DNA of 64,000 bases. It comes from a virus. Below, in pieces: positions 45,648 to 55,968 of this stretch (within the stretch, counting starts at the first letter, position 1; every line of letters begins with the position of its first letter). The notes under the pieces were generated by a model. That model made no database searches. It was not told where the DNA came from and was given only the letters and a program-made list of their open reading frames with translations. The stretch is from IMG/VR virus record IMGVR_UViG_3300035698_014711, positions 9,297-73,296 of that record. One strand, 5' to 3'. The translations under genes and the position numbers were made by a program.

Positions 45648-45827
45648 TTAAATAAATCTAAACGTAGTGTGTATTTCTTTTTCTTCTTTTGATAACCACC
45701 AGTAATCACAAGAACACATTTCTCGTGTGTTACCGTTATTGTCTCTAACAGCAACTTCATTACACCCGTCAGGCATAGATTCTGTTGATAACCATTCCCA
45801 TGGAGCATAATATTCAGGCTTAGTCAT
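45648..45827 (-). CDS. 59-aa hypothetical protein flanked by duplicated promoters (not in track)
   Basis: MTKPEYYAPWEWLSTESMPDG.. Confidence 0.55.
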   Translation of the reverse strand: MTKPEYYAPWEWLSTESMPDGCNEVAVRDNNGNTREMCSCDYWWLSKEEKEIHTTFRFI

Positions 45828-46288
45828 TTAATAATCTAATTGATATTTTATAGTTATAACATAATGACTATGACTTGTAAACTATTATTTTTAAATTCTT
45901 TCTACTTTACCTTCCAACCAACAACTATCATTGTTTTCTTAGAAGCACACACTTTGCCATCCGAAGAGACAAGTGTGTGCTTGAGTTTTGTTTACTCGTC
46001 GGCATTCACACTCTGATATGAGCAACTCTTGCGAGGAAGGGCGGTCAGCCGAATACCTTTTAAGCTCAGTTTGCATACTGACGGCAATTTTCCCAAGCCT
46101 ATCAGACGACAACAGGGAAAATTTGATGGTTGATGTGTTCATTGCCATCATCGTGACTATAATATTTAGACAGCATTTAGACTTGGCTGTATCATGGTGT
46201 AATTTGTGCCCTAACTGAGCCCAAGGACTATGTCCTTTCTTCAGGTTTGGCTACTCACTTGAGGCTATGCCTCTATGTTAGCAGAATA

Positions 46289-46885
46289 TCAATGTTTGAT
46301 ATATTCTACATTAGCTCCTGTCTTAATCTTTGGAGCTCCGTCTATGTGGTGAAACACAAACTGTGTCTCTGAAAACTCTTTAAACAGTCCTTCCCAAATA
46401 GGTCTCCAGTTACCTGTTAACCTTGCAGTTGCTTGCTGATCTCTTTGAGAATGCAGAATAAGATCAGTAGTACTCGTTAAATCAAAGCTAAAAAGAGAAT
46501 CGAATCCATAAAGATGAATTTCTTCTGCTTTGAGTTTATTTGCTACATAATGAGTAGCAACATGTCCACAATTGAAGTCTGTATGATTTGCAGCATAAGG
46601 TGGTAGGTCTGTATAGAAGGCCTTCACTTTTGGAGCAATCTTCATATAAAACTGAGGATGTTTTTCCAGCCAGATCTTTGGTCTCATACCTAAGATCCAT
46701 TCTCCTGGAATAATAAGACTTCCTTCTGTGATAGCTTTCATCATCTTGAAATCAACAATTGTTGATGCGTAAGCATTATGAATATCGAAGGGAGCAAGAT
46801 TGCAGGTCATTCTAAGACCTATAGTTCTGTTATCAAAAAGGGCACATGATTTGCCGTTGCCGATAATATGTGCTACTTTAGCCAT
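46289..46885 (-). CDS. Glycosyltransferase-like / Rossmann-fold protein
   Basis: AHIIGNGKS..FNCGH..IHLYGFDS. Confidence 0.55.
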   Translation of the reverse strand: MAKVAHIIGNGKSCALFDNRTIGLRMTCNLAPFDIHNAYASTIVDFKMMKAITEGSLIIPGEWILGMRPKIWLEKHPQFYMKIAPKVKAFYTDLPPYAANHTDFNCGHVATHYVANKLKAEEIHLYGFDSLFSFDLTSTTDLILHSQRDQQATARLTGNWRPIWEGLFKEFSETQFVFHHIDGAPKIKTGANVEYIKH

Positions 46886-47519
46886 TCATCATTTCTCTTA
46901 TTTTGATTTTGCCTTTGGGACCAGTCCAATGCACAATTTTAGCATTCCTGTCAGTTAATCCATCCAAAAAATCCAATCTTAGAAAATTGTATTCGGATGA
47001 AACCTCGTTAATATATATAAGCTTCTGCAGAGGATCTGATAACATTTCTTGTAAAACCTCTTGATCTCCAACTTTATTTTGGCTAATGCATCTTTGGGAC
47101 CAAAGCTTGAGAATGGGAGGGTTATGAATAACTCCAACAACCCCTGAGTTATACCAGAGCTCACCTCGGCGGCGACTCCAAGGTCTATCTTGGCACATAC
47201 TCAATTTGCTCTCAAGAAGAAGATCAAACATCTCGTTAAGATTACCCCGAACTTCACAATCAACATCAAGCCAGATCTTCTTATCAGCCTTAATGTCTAA
47301 TATGGCTTTAGGCTTATAGAACCAAGCTTTAATGTTTGTATTAATCTTATCTGTAATCTTAATACCATATGCTGCAGCATGATCAATACCTTTTTGACTT
47401 AATCCAAAATCAACAACTTTAATATTAGCAGTAGGATTATGTTTAAAAAAGTTTGAAAGAAACCAAGGAAGCATCCATTCCTGCTGAGCATCACAACCTG
47501 TTATGAATGTATTAAGCAT
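46878..47519 (-). CDS. GT-A glycosyltransferase (GT8-like)
   Basis: WFYKP..WLDVD..YNSGVV..GDQEVL..YN..IVHWTG. Confidence 0.8.
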   Translation of the reverse strand: MLNTFITGCDAQQEWMLPWFLSNFFKHNPTANIKVVDFGLSQKGIDHAAAYGIKITDKINTNIKAWFYKPKAILDIKADKKIWLDVDCEVRGNLNEMFDLLLESKLSMCQDRPWSRRRGELWYNSGVVGVIHNPPILKLWSQRCISQNKVGDQEVLQEMLSDPLQKLIYINEVSSEYNFLRLDFLDGLTDRNAKIVHWTGPKGKIKIREMMNG

Positions 47520-47708
47520 TTGTAAGCCTTGTGATCATACCTAAGATACTCTGGCATTCTTTTTTTCTGGTATTAGCATCATGTATGTCTGAAACAGAAG
47601 CACCATGACCGAGACCGGAAAGTGTATATTTGTATTCTAAAAGTAAATCAAATCTATTAATTCTACTAGTAATGTCAGTTTTTATCTTAAGTAGAGTATC
47701 AGTATCAG

Positions 47709-48362
47709 TCATAGTATTTTAAACTCCGCATTATAGTTATGCTTAGCTAAACAGCCTCGTTTATGCTGGATTGAGCTAAAGTTATCTTTTACCTTTACAA
47801 TCCAAGGATAGTACTCTTGAACATTAAAATCATTCTTATTAATGAACAGATCAGTTGGAACACCGCCGTCAGCTTGAGCTTTATCAAGAAGTTTTCTTGC
47901 ACCCCGGGGTGTAATCATATAAGCATGAGCTCCAGGTAGATAAGTCTTCGAAGTAAGGGTATTAACACCTAAAAGAGAAGGAGTATTAAACTTACCGTAA
48001 GAAGGAGCTCCAATAGAACATATGTCTTTGAAGGGTATTCTATCATAATCTAAAGAACCAGTGAATATGGCATCATGTTCTAGAATTAGGATCTTTTTGT
48101 TTGATTGGTATGCATACCACCAAAGAGAAACGTGAGAAGCAAATGCAGCAATGCATGGTTCTGTTCTCGAATAGATACTATCTGCTTCAAACTTACTTAC
48201 TGAAATACCATTTACAGCCAAATACTTTCTTGGGTTTTCAGCCGGCGTAAAACCCGGCCAGATTTCAGCAACAATCTTTCCAATGTCTTCAGCACTTTTT
48301 AGACATTTCTGCGCTGCAGTCTGAGATTCTTCTTTATCAATAGCAATTATATAAGCTTTCAT
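47709..48362 (-). CDS. GT25-like glycosyltransferase
   Basis: FASHVSLW..ILEHDA..GAHAYMITP..PTD. Confidence 0.8.
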   Translation of the reverse strand: MKAYIIAIDKEESQTAAQKCLKSAEDIGKIVAEIWPGFTPAENPRKYLAVNGISVSKFEADSIYSRTEPCIAAFASHVSLWWYAYQSNKKILILEHDAIFTGSLDYDRIPFKDICSIGAPSYGKFNTPSLLGVNTLTSKTYLPGAHAYMITPRGARKLLDKAQADGGVPTDLFINKNDFNVQEYYPWIVKVKDNFSSIQHKRGCLAKHNYNAEFKIL

Positions 48363-49072
48363 GATGACGTTGTAGACCTCGTTCTTTGAACTTTTGTGTA
48401 ATAAGTTGTAGTGATACCTAGATCTGAAAACATCTGTTGATTCAATAGAGCATCATTAGGCCAAACTCCATGTTCTTTAACAGCAGCAATAGCACTTTTT
48501 GCAAATCTAGGTTTAATGATATAAGCAGAGTTACCGGCAAGACCTTGAGGAATCATATACTTATCCACAATAGGCGGCCTGATGAATTTCTTTCCTGAAG
48601 TCTTAGCATTTTTGACATGAGCATCATATATTGAGGCTCGTCTTGTAGCACCAATAGGAGAGTTTAGACCTATACATCCGTATTTAGAATCTAGGATCTC
48701 TTCAATAGGAGGATTCTTAATAAAGAAGGCATCGTGCTCGAGAATCAAGATAGGCTCTTTACTGTCAACAGATACCTGCCAGAGAAAGTAATGGGAAAGG
48801 GCACAAGCAATCCGAGCATTTAAGTTAACTGTAGGGTATGCTGAAAGTTTCAATCCAGTAGCAATATCAAGTCTTGATCCACTGCTTGGGTATGTCCATT
48901 TAAGCTTTTCTTGTTTCAGCATTGGTTGTGCTTCATCAGCAGTTACCGCGTTCACTGTCATAACAGGAGCTAATTTGGTATTTGATTTAGCAGAAGCAAT
49001 ACAGTTCTGTGATGCTGTAATAGATATACTATTGAGTGCCAGAGTTATTACGTAAGCTTTAAGAGATTGCAT
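48359..49072 (-). CDS. GT25-like glycosyltransferase
   Basis: ACALSHYFLW..ILEHDA..GNSAYIIKP..PND. Confidence 0.8.
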   Translation of the reverse strand: MQSLKAYVITLALNSISITASQNCIASAKSNTKLAPVMTVNAVTADEAQPMLKQEKLKWTYPSSGSRLDIATGLKLSAYPTVNLNARIACALSHYFLWQVSVDSKEPILILEHDAFFIKNPPIEEILDSKYGCIGLNSPIGATRRASIYDAHVKNAKTSGKKFIRPPIVDKYMIPQGLAGNSAYIIKPRFAKSAIAAVKEHGVWPNDALLNQQMFSDLGITTTYYTKVQRTRSTTSS

Positions 49073-49676
49073 AAATCACACTATCTAATTCGCCAGTCTT
49101 ATTTGTATTATCATGAATAGTAATATTTGTGTTCTGAATTGCATCATGGAATAAAGCAAACTCTTGTTTATTATAATCAGATGGCCGAGACTTAATCCAT
49201 TTATTCTGCCATTCTGCAAATCCGAATTTATCAATACGGAATACATCCTCAACAAAATATATCCCGTCCTTCTTAAGCATAGGCTTAAAATTCTCATAGG
49301 TCTGTCTATTTGCTTTAGGAGTGTGCTTTCCGTCATCAATTATGAAATCAAAAGAAGGCCATTTTTCATTCTTCATGACATCAGCCCAACCCTTTCTAGT
49401 GCTGTCACCTTTTATATAAGAGAATCTCTCATTGGTATTCAGATCACCAAGTTCTTCAGGCTGCAGTCTTGAGAAAATATCAATTCCATACATATTAGCA
49501 TTCGGCATATAGTCTAGAAATGCTCTTGTTGAAGCTCCATGAAATACTCCAATCTCAAGAATGTTGAGCTTTTTATCTGCAACAGGTGCAAAATATTTAC
49601 TGTAGATGGTATGATACTGATGCTTTTTAGCTTTATCACATCCATATTTATTAAACAGATCTTTTAGTTCACTCAT
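49059..49676 (-). CDS. Class I SAM-dependent methyltransferase
   Basis: ILEIGV..GIDI..FDFIIDDGKH..GIYFVED. Confidence 0.85.
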   Translation of the reverse strand: MSELKDLFNKYGCDKAKKHQYHTIYSKYFAPVADKKLNILEIGVFHGASTRAFLDYMPNANMYGIDIFSRLQPEELGDLNTNERFSYIKGDSTRKGWADVMKNEKWPSFDFIIDDGKHTPKANRQTYENFKPMLKKDGIYFVEDVFRIDKFGFAEWQNKWIKSRPSDYNKQEFALFHDAIQNTNITIHDNTNKTGELDSVIYAIS

Positions 49677-50355
49677 TCCAATAGTTCCTCTTAGGTCCGC
49701 TATCAAAATCATAACCCCAGTAATCAATATCTTTCTGATACCAGTCTGCTACAATTTGGGTTGTTTCTGGAGTATATAAATCCATATAACTCCCTTTATT
49801 TAGGGCTGTTACATTTCTTGCTCTAGACATCTGAGGAATGTTAAAATATTTGCATATGTCCTCATTGTAATTTTCAAATCTGATAATCTTAGCCATACAT
49901 TTTAGACCATTTTTATCAGAAACGTGATCCCAAGCTGGATACCATCCACGAATAGCTCTATGCCACATGAACTCGTTGGCTCCCCATTTATATCTTTCTT
50001 CTAGGAAGGCTTCAAATGATGAAACATCAGCATAAGAATTGGAAACTTTCTTCTCTACTTCTATTACCTTCTTGGCGAAAAAGTATCGAGAAACAACTCT
50101 GTCCCAAGGATTTCTTACAATTGCAAATGCATCATATTGTGATGTATACTGGGTATTTATATCTCTCCATCTGCTGTGTTCATTTCCGTGGTGATCACCA
50201 AGCATAGTCATGACTGTATTGAGAGAGTTAGTGTAATCGGGGTTCTTATGTAAATGAGCTCCTGCAATAATTATTTTGTCTCTCAGAAATGGAGAATGCC
50301 GAATAGTCATGCCGCCATTCTTTGGAATATGAATAAAGATCTTTTTATGCAGCAT
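49669..50355 (-). CDS. Sulfotransferase family 2
   Basis: FIHIPKNGG..VRNPWDRVVSRY..RFEN..D..WGY. Confidence 0.88.
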   Translation of the reverse strand: MLHKKIFIHIPKNGGMTIRHSPFLRDKIIIAGAHLHKNPDYTNSLNTVMTMLGDHHGNEHSRWRDINTQYTSQYDAFAIVRNPWDRVVSRYFFAKKVIEVEKKVSNSYADVSSFEAFLEERYKWGANEFMWHRAIRGWYPAWDHVSDKNGLKCMAKIIRFENYNEDICKYFNIPQMSRARNVTALNKGSYMDLYTPETTQIVADWYQKDIDYWGYDFDSGPKRNYWNE

Positions 50356-50576
50356 GTTTTTGTTTCTCTATTTCATGATTAAAATGTTCTTCTGCGAAGA
50401 TTCTGCTCAGTATATGTGATCCATCAGAAGCTCTTCTGATTTCTTTATAATTAAAGTATAATACCGCAGTATCAAATACTGTCCTCATACAGTAGTAATT
50501 GCCTATTATAGTTTCAGCTGAGTAGCTATCCAATAGAGAATCTCTATGCCAATCAAGTTTCCATGATTTAGATTTT

Positions 50577-51368
50577 TCAGACATATTTCATAAGCTCCTT
50601 TACGTTTTCACCTCTTTGGGGCAATTTATCCTTGAGAAAGAAATGCACAAAATGAGCCTTCTTCATCTGATCTTCTCTGATAGCACTATAAAGAGCATTG
50701 AATCTCCAGTCAAGATTCTTGATCTTCAGTCCGTTCTTTTCTTCTGATCTGATCCAAGTATTGAGAAGGGTCTGATCTGTTGACCATTTCCAATTTCCCA
50801 CTCCATCAATAAACGGTTTGAACTCAGGTCTTGAGAGAAATTGTATAGGTGTCTGTCCTCGTAGATAATCATCAACAAGCTTTTGATTCATTACCATAAT
50901 ACCCATATTCATAAACTGGGCACCAAAGCTATTCCATTTCCAGTCTACATTTCTAATATTAGAATACTGCATTTTAGAATAGTTCTGAATTTTAGTTTTA
51001 TATTGAGAGGTGATAGGCATTTCTCTCTCAACAACTCCTCCAAAGTGATATTCATCAGAAAGCTCATTAAAGATATTTGGAGCTCCAGGTTTAATAAAGA
51101 CATCTGAGTCAACTACTGCAACCTGTTTTCTGGTCTTCAGATAAGTAAAGGCATTTTCTTTTTCATATATTGGAAGATATCCTAGTCTCTCCACAGCATC
51201 TTTAGACCTATTTGTAGTAAATGGGTCTGGCCTTACTTTAAGAATAGGAGTTTTTTGAACAGCGTGTTCAATGCCATGCAGCTTACAGTATTGAGCTACA
51301 GACTCTACACAATGATCATAAAGTTTAGATCTTTTTCCAACATAAACTTGATAGATTAGAGTTTTCAT
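50577..51368 (-). CDS. GT-A glycosyltransferase
   Basis: VDSDV..MNMG..TDQTLLN..FN..FVHF. Confidence 0.75.
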   Translation of the reverse strand: MKTLIYQVYVGKRSKLYDHCVESVAQYCKLHGIEHAVQKTPILKVRPDPFTTNRSKDAVERLGYLPIYEKENAFTYLKTRKQVAVVDSDVFIKPGAPNIFNELSDEYHFGGVVEREMPITSQYKTKIQNYSKMQYSNIRNVDWKWNSFGAQFMNMGIMVMNQKLVDDYLRGQTPIQFLSRPEFKPFIDGVGNWKWSTDQTLLNTWIRSEEKNGLKIKNLDWRFNALYSAIREDQMKKAHFVHFFLKDKLPQRGENVKELMKYV

Positions 51369-51370
51369 TA

Positions 51371-51688
51371 TTAATTCTCATCTTCTTCTTGCGTTTCTTC
51401 TGTTTCTCGATGCCCAGCAACACCACTAAGTTTTTCTTGGCCTCTTGACCAAGCTGTTACGCCAAGAATACCGCCCATTGAAACGTGGAATAACCCACCA
51501 CTCGAAAGAGTAATAGGTTCCCATTGTTCAACAATAGAAGTATCGTTGGTGATATCTGGATTCTCGAGAAGATAAACTTGGAGTATAGGCCAAAAAATGG
51601 GTGCTATTAGGAAGTCAAACATAACAATAATCATGTAAACCCAACCCATCATAGGCCGCCATTTATTTTGAATCCATGTTTCTTTCAT
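51371..51688 (-). CDS. Holin-like membrane protein
   Basis: KWRPMMGWVY..GILGVTAWSRGQEK; late promoter at about 51695-51702. Confidence 0.7.
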   Translation of the reverse strand: MKETWIQNKWRPMMGWVYMIIVMFDFLIAPIFWPILQVYLLENPDITNDTSIVEQWEPITLSSGGLFHVSMGGILGVTAWSRGQEKLSGVAGHRETEETQEEDEN

Positions 51689-52283
51689 ATTTGTATTTAT
51701 AGAGTTTGAGTGACAGTCTTACAAATTTCTGTGGCTTTATCAAACTCAGCTCTGAACCGATTTCGTTTCATTCCTGAACTCAAAAAGTATTTCATGTTCT
51801 GAATAGTACCCTGATTCTTACCAGAAAGCTTATATGATCTTACAATCTCTTCAAATTCATTTCTGAGTTTTAAGTAATTAAAAATGTTCATCCGAATCCA
51901 TATGCAGACATAATCTTCATAGTCTGTTCTTGCTTGCTTGTTCAATTAAAAAGTTGACAGTAGGAGGAATAGGGTAGAAGTACTCGATGATAGAATCACT
52001 ATTTATCTTTGTGAATTTAATACATTTAGTTCCTTCTGGAATACCTGATTGTGCCATAGAATTTCCCATAATACACAAGCCCCAGTCTCGAGGCCAGCCG
52101 TCTTCTGCCTTTTCTTTCAATGAAAGATCCGGTAGAGTTCGAAAGGGCATTGCTCGCTGAATCCAATCATTTGGAGCACCCGCGCGGCTTTGATATCTCT
52201 GAAATGGCGGCTCAGCCCCGAACTCATTGCCTGTTGCTTCGGCTGCTTCACCAGTACCGGCGCAGAGATCGCATGTATACTTA

Positions 52284-52760
52284 TTAAACATCGTGATATT
52301 CCTCATCAGCTAATACATGAAGGTGAGTTTTCATTGTCCAAATTGCATCAGACAGTGCATTGTGTTCTTTTTCATTTGCAAAAGGAGATTTATCAGCACC
52401 TACTTGATCCATAAATTGCTTTAGGTCTCGGCAATACATTGGCCAACCTTTAGGTAGATCCATCATTGTTCCAAAGAGCTGACGTAATACAACCCAATCA
52501 TAGGATGCATAGTAGGCCCAGAACTCTGGATTCGGACCAGCAAATTCAAGAACTTTCTGAGCAATCTCTTTCTTTGGAATTGCATCACCTGTCATAAAGG
52601 GAATCACATTATCTGTGACCCACTGACTAGCAAGAGAATGATCACAGTCTGAATTTTCCAGATAGAGCTGAGCACCTTTATCATCAATCATACCTATTGA
52701 AAGAAGCTCAATGGTCTTACCATCTTCAATAAACTCTGTATCAAACCAAATTTTACTCAT
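52284..52760 (-). CDS. DEDD 3'-5' exoribonuclease-like protein
   Basis: FDTEFIE..YDWV..HNALSDA. Confidence 0.85.
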   Translation of the reverse strand: MSKIWFDTEFIEDGKTIELLSIGMIDDKGAQLYLENSDCDHSLASQWVTDNVIPFMTGDAIPKKEIAQKVLEFAGPNPEFWAYYASYDWVVLRQLFGTMMDLPKGWPMYCRDLKQFMDQVGADKSPFANEKEHNALSDAIWTMKTHLHVLADEEYHDV

Positions 52761-53350
52761 ATGATGTCCTCATAGATCTCTTTCCAATTTGCAACCCTTG
52801 TAACCATTGGATGTTCATCATTCTTATTATGATCTCCATCCATCAGATAGCAATTCAGGCCAAGATCAACCCCTTGAATAGCATTACTCATATGATCTTC
52901 TACCCAGACACATCCTGTATCTTTATAAGCTTTAAGATAATGTGACTTATTAGCATTCTGATTTATACAAGTCATCTTTTCAAATGCAGTTTTACCAAAC
53001 AGTCTTTCACAATTAAATTCTCGAAGCCTTATTGCCATAGGATCATCCCCGAGTTTAGTGATACAATGAAACACAAACCCGTGTTCTTCATGTAGTTTAC
53101 GGATATATTTAACTGAGTCTCGAAGAGGGCTTAAATAAGCAATACCAGCTGATTCATTAAACATACCGACATAGGTCTGAATCTGTGTGTCAGAAATGTC
53201 ATTGTATCTTTGCTCAATCCGATGACCAACATGATCAAAGTGATCTTGATTATAGCCATGCCGAGCTAGAAATTGGGTAAAACCGTAAACCCAATCAGCA
53301 AGAACTCCATCATAGTCCGTGAGGATTACTTTTTCATTGATATTCATCAT
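52757..53350 (-). CDS. HAD 5'(3')-deoxyribonucleotidase-like protein
   Basis: ILTDYDGVLADW..WVED..HN..NWKEI. Confidence 0.8.
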   Translation of the reverse strand: MMNINEKVILTDYDGVLADWVYGFTQFLARHGYNQDHFDHVGHRIEQRYNDISDTQIQTYVGMFNESAGIAYLSPLRDSVKYIRKLHEEHGFVFHCITKLGDDPMAIRLREFNCERLFGKTAFEKMTCINQNANKSHYLKAYKDTGCVWVEDHMSNAIQGVDLGLNCYLMDGDHNKNDEHPMVTRVANWKEIYEDII

Positions 53351-53618
53351 AAATTCCTTCATAATTGATGTAAATTGGCTCAATTCCTTGAGCTTTATTT
53401 CTAATACGCTTGGTGCTAATCCAAAAGCTCCAACATTCTTCACAGTGCTCAGAATCATTACAGATTATGTTAATAATCCAAACAAAGTTGATTCTCTGTT
53501 CTATTTTCCACTGCCAATTTCTAGCAGAAAATGTTTGATTACTTGATCCACCAAGGATCACATTTATCAGAACAGAAATTGCAATTAGTATTCTATAGAG
53601 ATAATGCTTTAATATCAT
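53334..53618 (-). CDS. Small membrane protein
   Basis: LIAISVLINVILGG..TFSAR..HC. Confidence 0.6.
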   Translation of the reverse strand: MILKHYLYRILIAISVLINVILGGSSNQTFSARNWQWKIEQRINFVWIINIICNDSEHCEECWSFWISTKRIRNKAQGIEPIYINYEGIYDEYQ

Positions 53619-54267
53619 CTTCGTAATCTCTTATTCTTGTGATGAGTTTATTCGCCCAATTATCTCTTTTTTCAATAAAGACGCGAGGCGCGTGGTAATC
53701 AACGTCCATAATTATAACAAGTTTGCTGATTGGTATTCCTGTTCTTTCTTCCCACATAATAGAGTATGCAGTCATCTGAAGAAAGTAGTCTTCAATCCAT
53801 TCTTTTTTCTTAATCTTTCTGCTGGTCTTAAAATCAATAATAGCAACAGAACCGTTTAGCTCTGCAATTAAATCAACTCGCCCAGCAAGTCTTAGATAAT
53901 TGGAATAGAGAGGAACTTCTTGTGCCCAGATCTCTCCGAGATTTTTATCGAGATATCTGGAAATCTTATTAAAACCTGAACGAGCCATTGGCATCATTTT
54001 CGGAACAGTCTCATTGTCTAGGTATTTTTCCAAACAATCATGGAGTTCTGTTCCACGGTTGGCAGCAAACCTGCTAATCTTATCAGCTTCTGCATGACCG
54101 ACTCGATCACGCCACTCCTGCAGCCATTCCTTATTTCCGTGTCCTAGGACTGTGGTAATAGAAGGGTACTGTTTGCCTTCTGGAGTAGTATATTTTCTAC
54201 CTTGAGGTGTAGTTGAGACTTCGAGGTTCTGAATACCAAAGTCTCGAGTGGAATGTATAAATGCCAT
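53593..54267 (-). CDS. PD-(D/E)XK exonuclease (Cas4-like)
   Basis: YPSITTVL..RGTELH..AGRVD..IIDFKTS..QMTAY; start set at ATG 54267. Confidence 0.88.
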   Translation of the reverse strand: MAFIHSTRDFGIQNLEVSTTPQGRKYTTPEGKQYPSITTVLGHGNKEWLQEWRDRVGHAEADKISRFAANRGTELHDCLEKYLDNETVPKMMPMARSGFNKISRYLDKNLGEIWAQEVPLYSNYLRLAGRVDLIAELNGSVAIIDFKTSRKIKKKEWIEDYFLQMTAYSIMWEERTGIPISKLVIIMDVDYHAPRVFIEKRDNWANKLITRIRDYEDDIKALSL

Positions 54268-54721
54268 TAAATGATTGTAAGAACAAATAATACAGTTGCA
54301 ATAACAGTAACAATAACAGTAATAACAAAAACCCAAGCAACAAACTTAAATACTTCCGCTGCTGCGAGTGCCGCCAGTGAATTTCCATTAATCATTATAT
54401 AACTCCTAAAATGCCAACCAGAACAAAATTACCCAAAATTGCAACAATAGCTACAATTACCGTTTCAACCTTTTCAAATTTACTCATTTTCTTCCTCATA
54501 ATACTTAGAGACAGCAGCTTCCTGCCAGCTCTTCTCATATTTTAGTCTACGAGTGTTTGAATCTACAGTATCTTTGATCCTGTGATCCTGTTGCTGGGCA
54601 CTTCGTCGCTGATCTTTACGTCGGTTCTCAGCAGAGCCCCTTGAATATTTAGCCATAACTTCCTTCTTTTGACTAACCTTGATAAGTGCACCTTAACACA
54701 TCACCAAGGCTTTGTAAACAA

Positions 54722-55297
54722 TTAAATTCTTTTTTCTGTATCAATGGTTGCAAAGATAAGTGCTCTTGCAATTTCTTCCATCTCGGACTCTTGGTCAGTT
54801 GCCTTAAGGTCAGCAGCATTTGAGCCGAAGAAAGGTTCAACAATCACAGCAGGTGCTCGTCCAGCAACAAGAGACATATAGCCTCTGCCTTTTGTTCTAG
54901 AATTCCGAACTTTAATGCCACGATTTATCCTACCCATTGCCTGAAGAAGTTGTTCTTGGATTTCCTCAGCAAAGATAAGAGAATTTTTTGAGCCGCTGGA
55001 AAGTGTTTCTGTTCCACCTGCTGATGTTGCAGCTGCAGAGTTAAAGTGTAGTTCCATTGAGAGATCAGCTCCCCATGCATCTACTTCTTTATAGACTTTT
55101 CTAATTTCTCGTGTGTATCCTAGGCCTGCAGTTCTGATGAAAATATTAACATCAATACCGACATCTTTGCCTGAGTTTACAATCATGTCAGCAAGTCTGC
55201 TATTATAGCTAAACTCAGTCTCACCTGTGTCTCGTCTTACAGCACCTTGGCTTCTAACATTGTGGCCGACCACAACAGCTAATTTAAGTTTACTCAT
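54722..55297 (-). CDS. N-acetylmuramoyl-L-alanine amidase (Amidase_3), probable endolysin
   Basis: VGH..E..ELHFNS..VEPFF. Confidence 0.88.
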   Translation of the reverse strand: MSKLKLAVVVGHNVRSQGAVRRDTGETEFSYNSRLADMIVNSGKDVGIDVNIFIRTAGLGYTREIRKVYKEVDAWGADLSMELHFNSAAATSAGGTETLSSGSKNSLIFAEEIQEQLLQAMGRINRGIKVRNSRTKGRGYMSLVAGRAPAVIVEPFFGSNAADLKATDQESEMEEIARALIFATIDTEKRI

Positions 55298-55946
55298 CCA
55301 TCTGTTCCTTTGTTATAATATAGTCCCTGACAATATCTGATCTGATAATGTCTGACCAATTGAATTCAATAAGTTTAAAGTATTTCATCTGTTCAATAAT
55401 AGATATGAATCTAAGAATACCGTTTTTATCATCTTGTCTAATCAAGTCTGATTGCTTAAAATCACCTGCAAAGATGATCTTTGTGTTAACCCCAATTCTA
55501 GTCATGATTGAATCAAACTCATGAAAGGTTAAGTTCTGACACTCATCAACAATTATGATACAGTTATCAAGAGTAAGCCCTCGAATAAATGATGTTGACA
55601 AGAACTCAATTCTTTTAGAGCTTGTCAGTTTATTGTAGGACTGCTTATCATCAAAAAGTTCATTCACAATTGCTCGGTAAGGAGCTGTGTATGGATCAAA
55701 TTTCTCTTCAATAGTTCCAGGTAAGAAGCCGGCATCCCGAGTAGGAACAATGGATCTCACAATGTAGATTTTCCTTGCGTCACCTTTGGTGAACACAGAC
55801 TGGAAAGCTAAATACATAGCAAGAAAGGTCTTGCCAGTACCCGCAGACCCAAATAGACCTAAATGATATCCTGCATCCCAAGCTTCTTTAGCTTTACTTT
55901 GATTTAATGTCTTAGGTTCTATCTTACCTAGCTCATGAGCGGGCAT
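55290..55946 (-). CDS. phoH: PhoH-like ATPase
   Basis: GSAGTGKT..GFLPG..FIRGLT..DECQN..GD..QSD..RS. Confidence 0.92.
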   Translation of the reverse strand: MPAHELGKIEPKTLNQSKAKEAWDAGYHLGLFGSAGTGKTFLAMYLAFQSVFTKGDARKIYIVRSIVPTRDAGFLPGTIEEKFDPYTAPYRAIVNELFDDKQSYNKLTSSKRIEFLSTSFIRGLTLDNCIIIVDECQNLTFHEFDSIMTRIGVNTKIIFAGDFKQSDLIRQDDKNGILRFISIIEQMKYFKLIEFNWSDIIRSDIVRDYIITKEQMDE

Positions 55947-55968
55947 ATTCAAAGTATTGTTTTTCTTT

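Noticed and set aside
45939-46218. Short ORFs 45939..46151 and 45988..46218
   Set aside because: No RBS or family motif; better explained as a structured noncoding region.
53593-54267. Cas4 as evidence of a CRISPR system
   Set aside because: Stand-alone PD-(D/E)XK exonuclease common in T4-like phages.
54268-54336. Cys/Tyr-rich N-terminus (CYYCYCYCYC) of the exonuclease and a poly-Leu ORF
   Set aside because: Off-frame readings of a small Val/Ile/Thr membrane peptide gene; the exonuclease starts at 54267.
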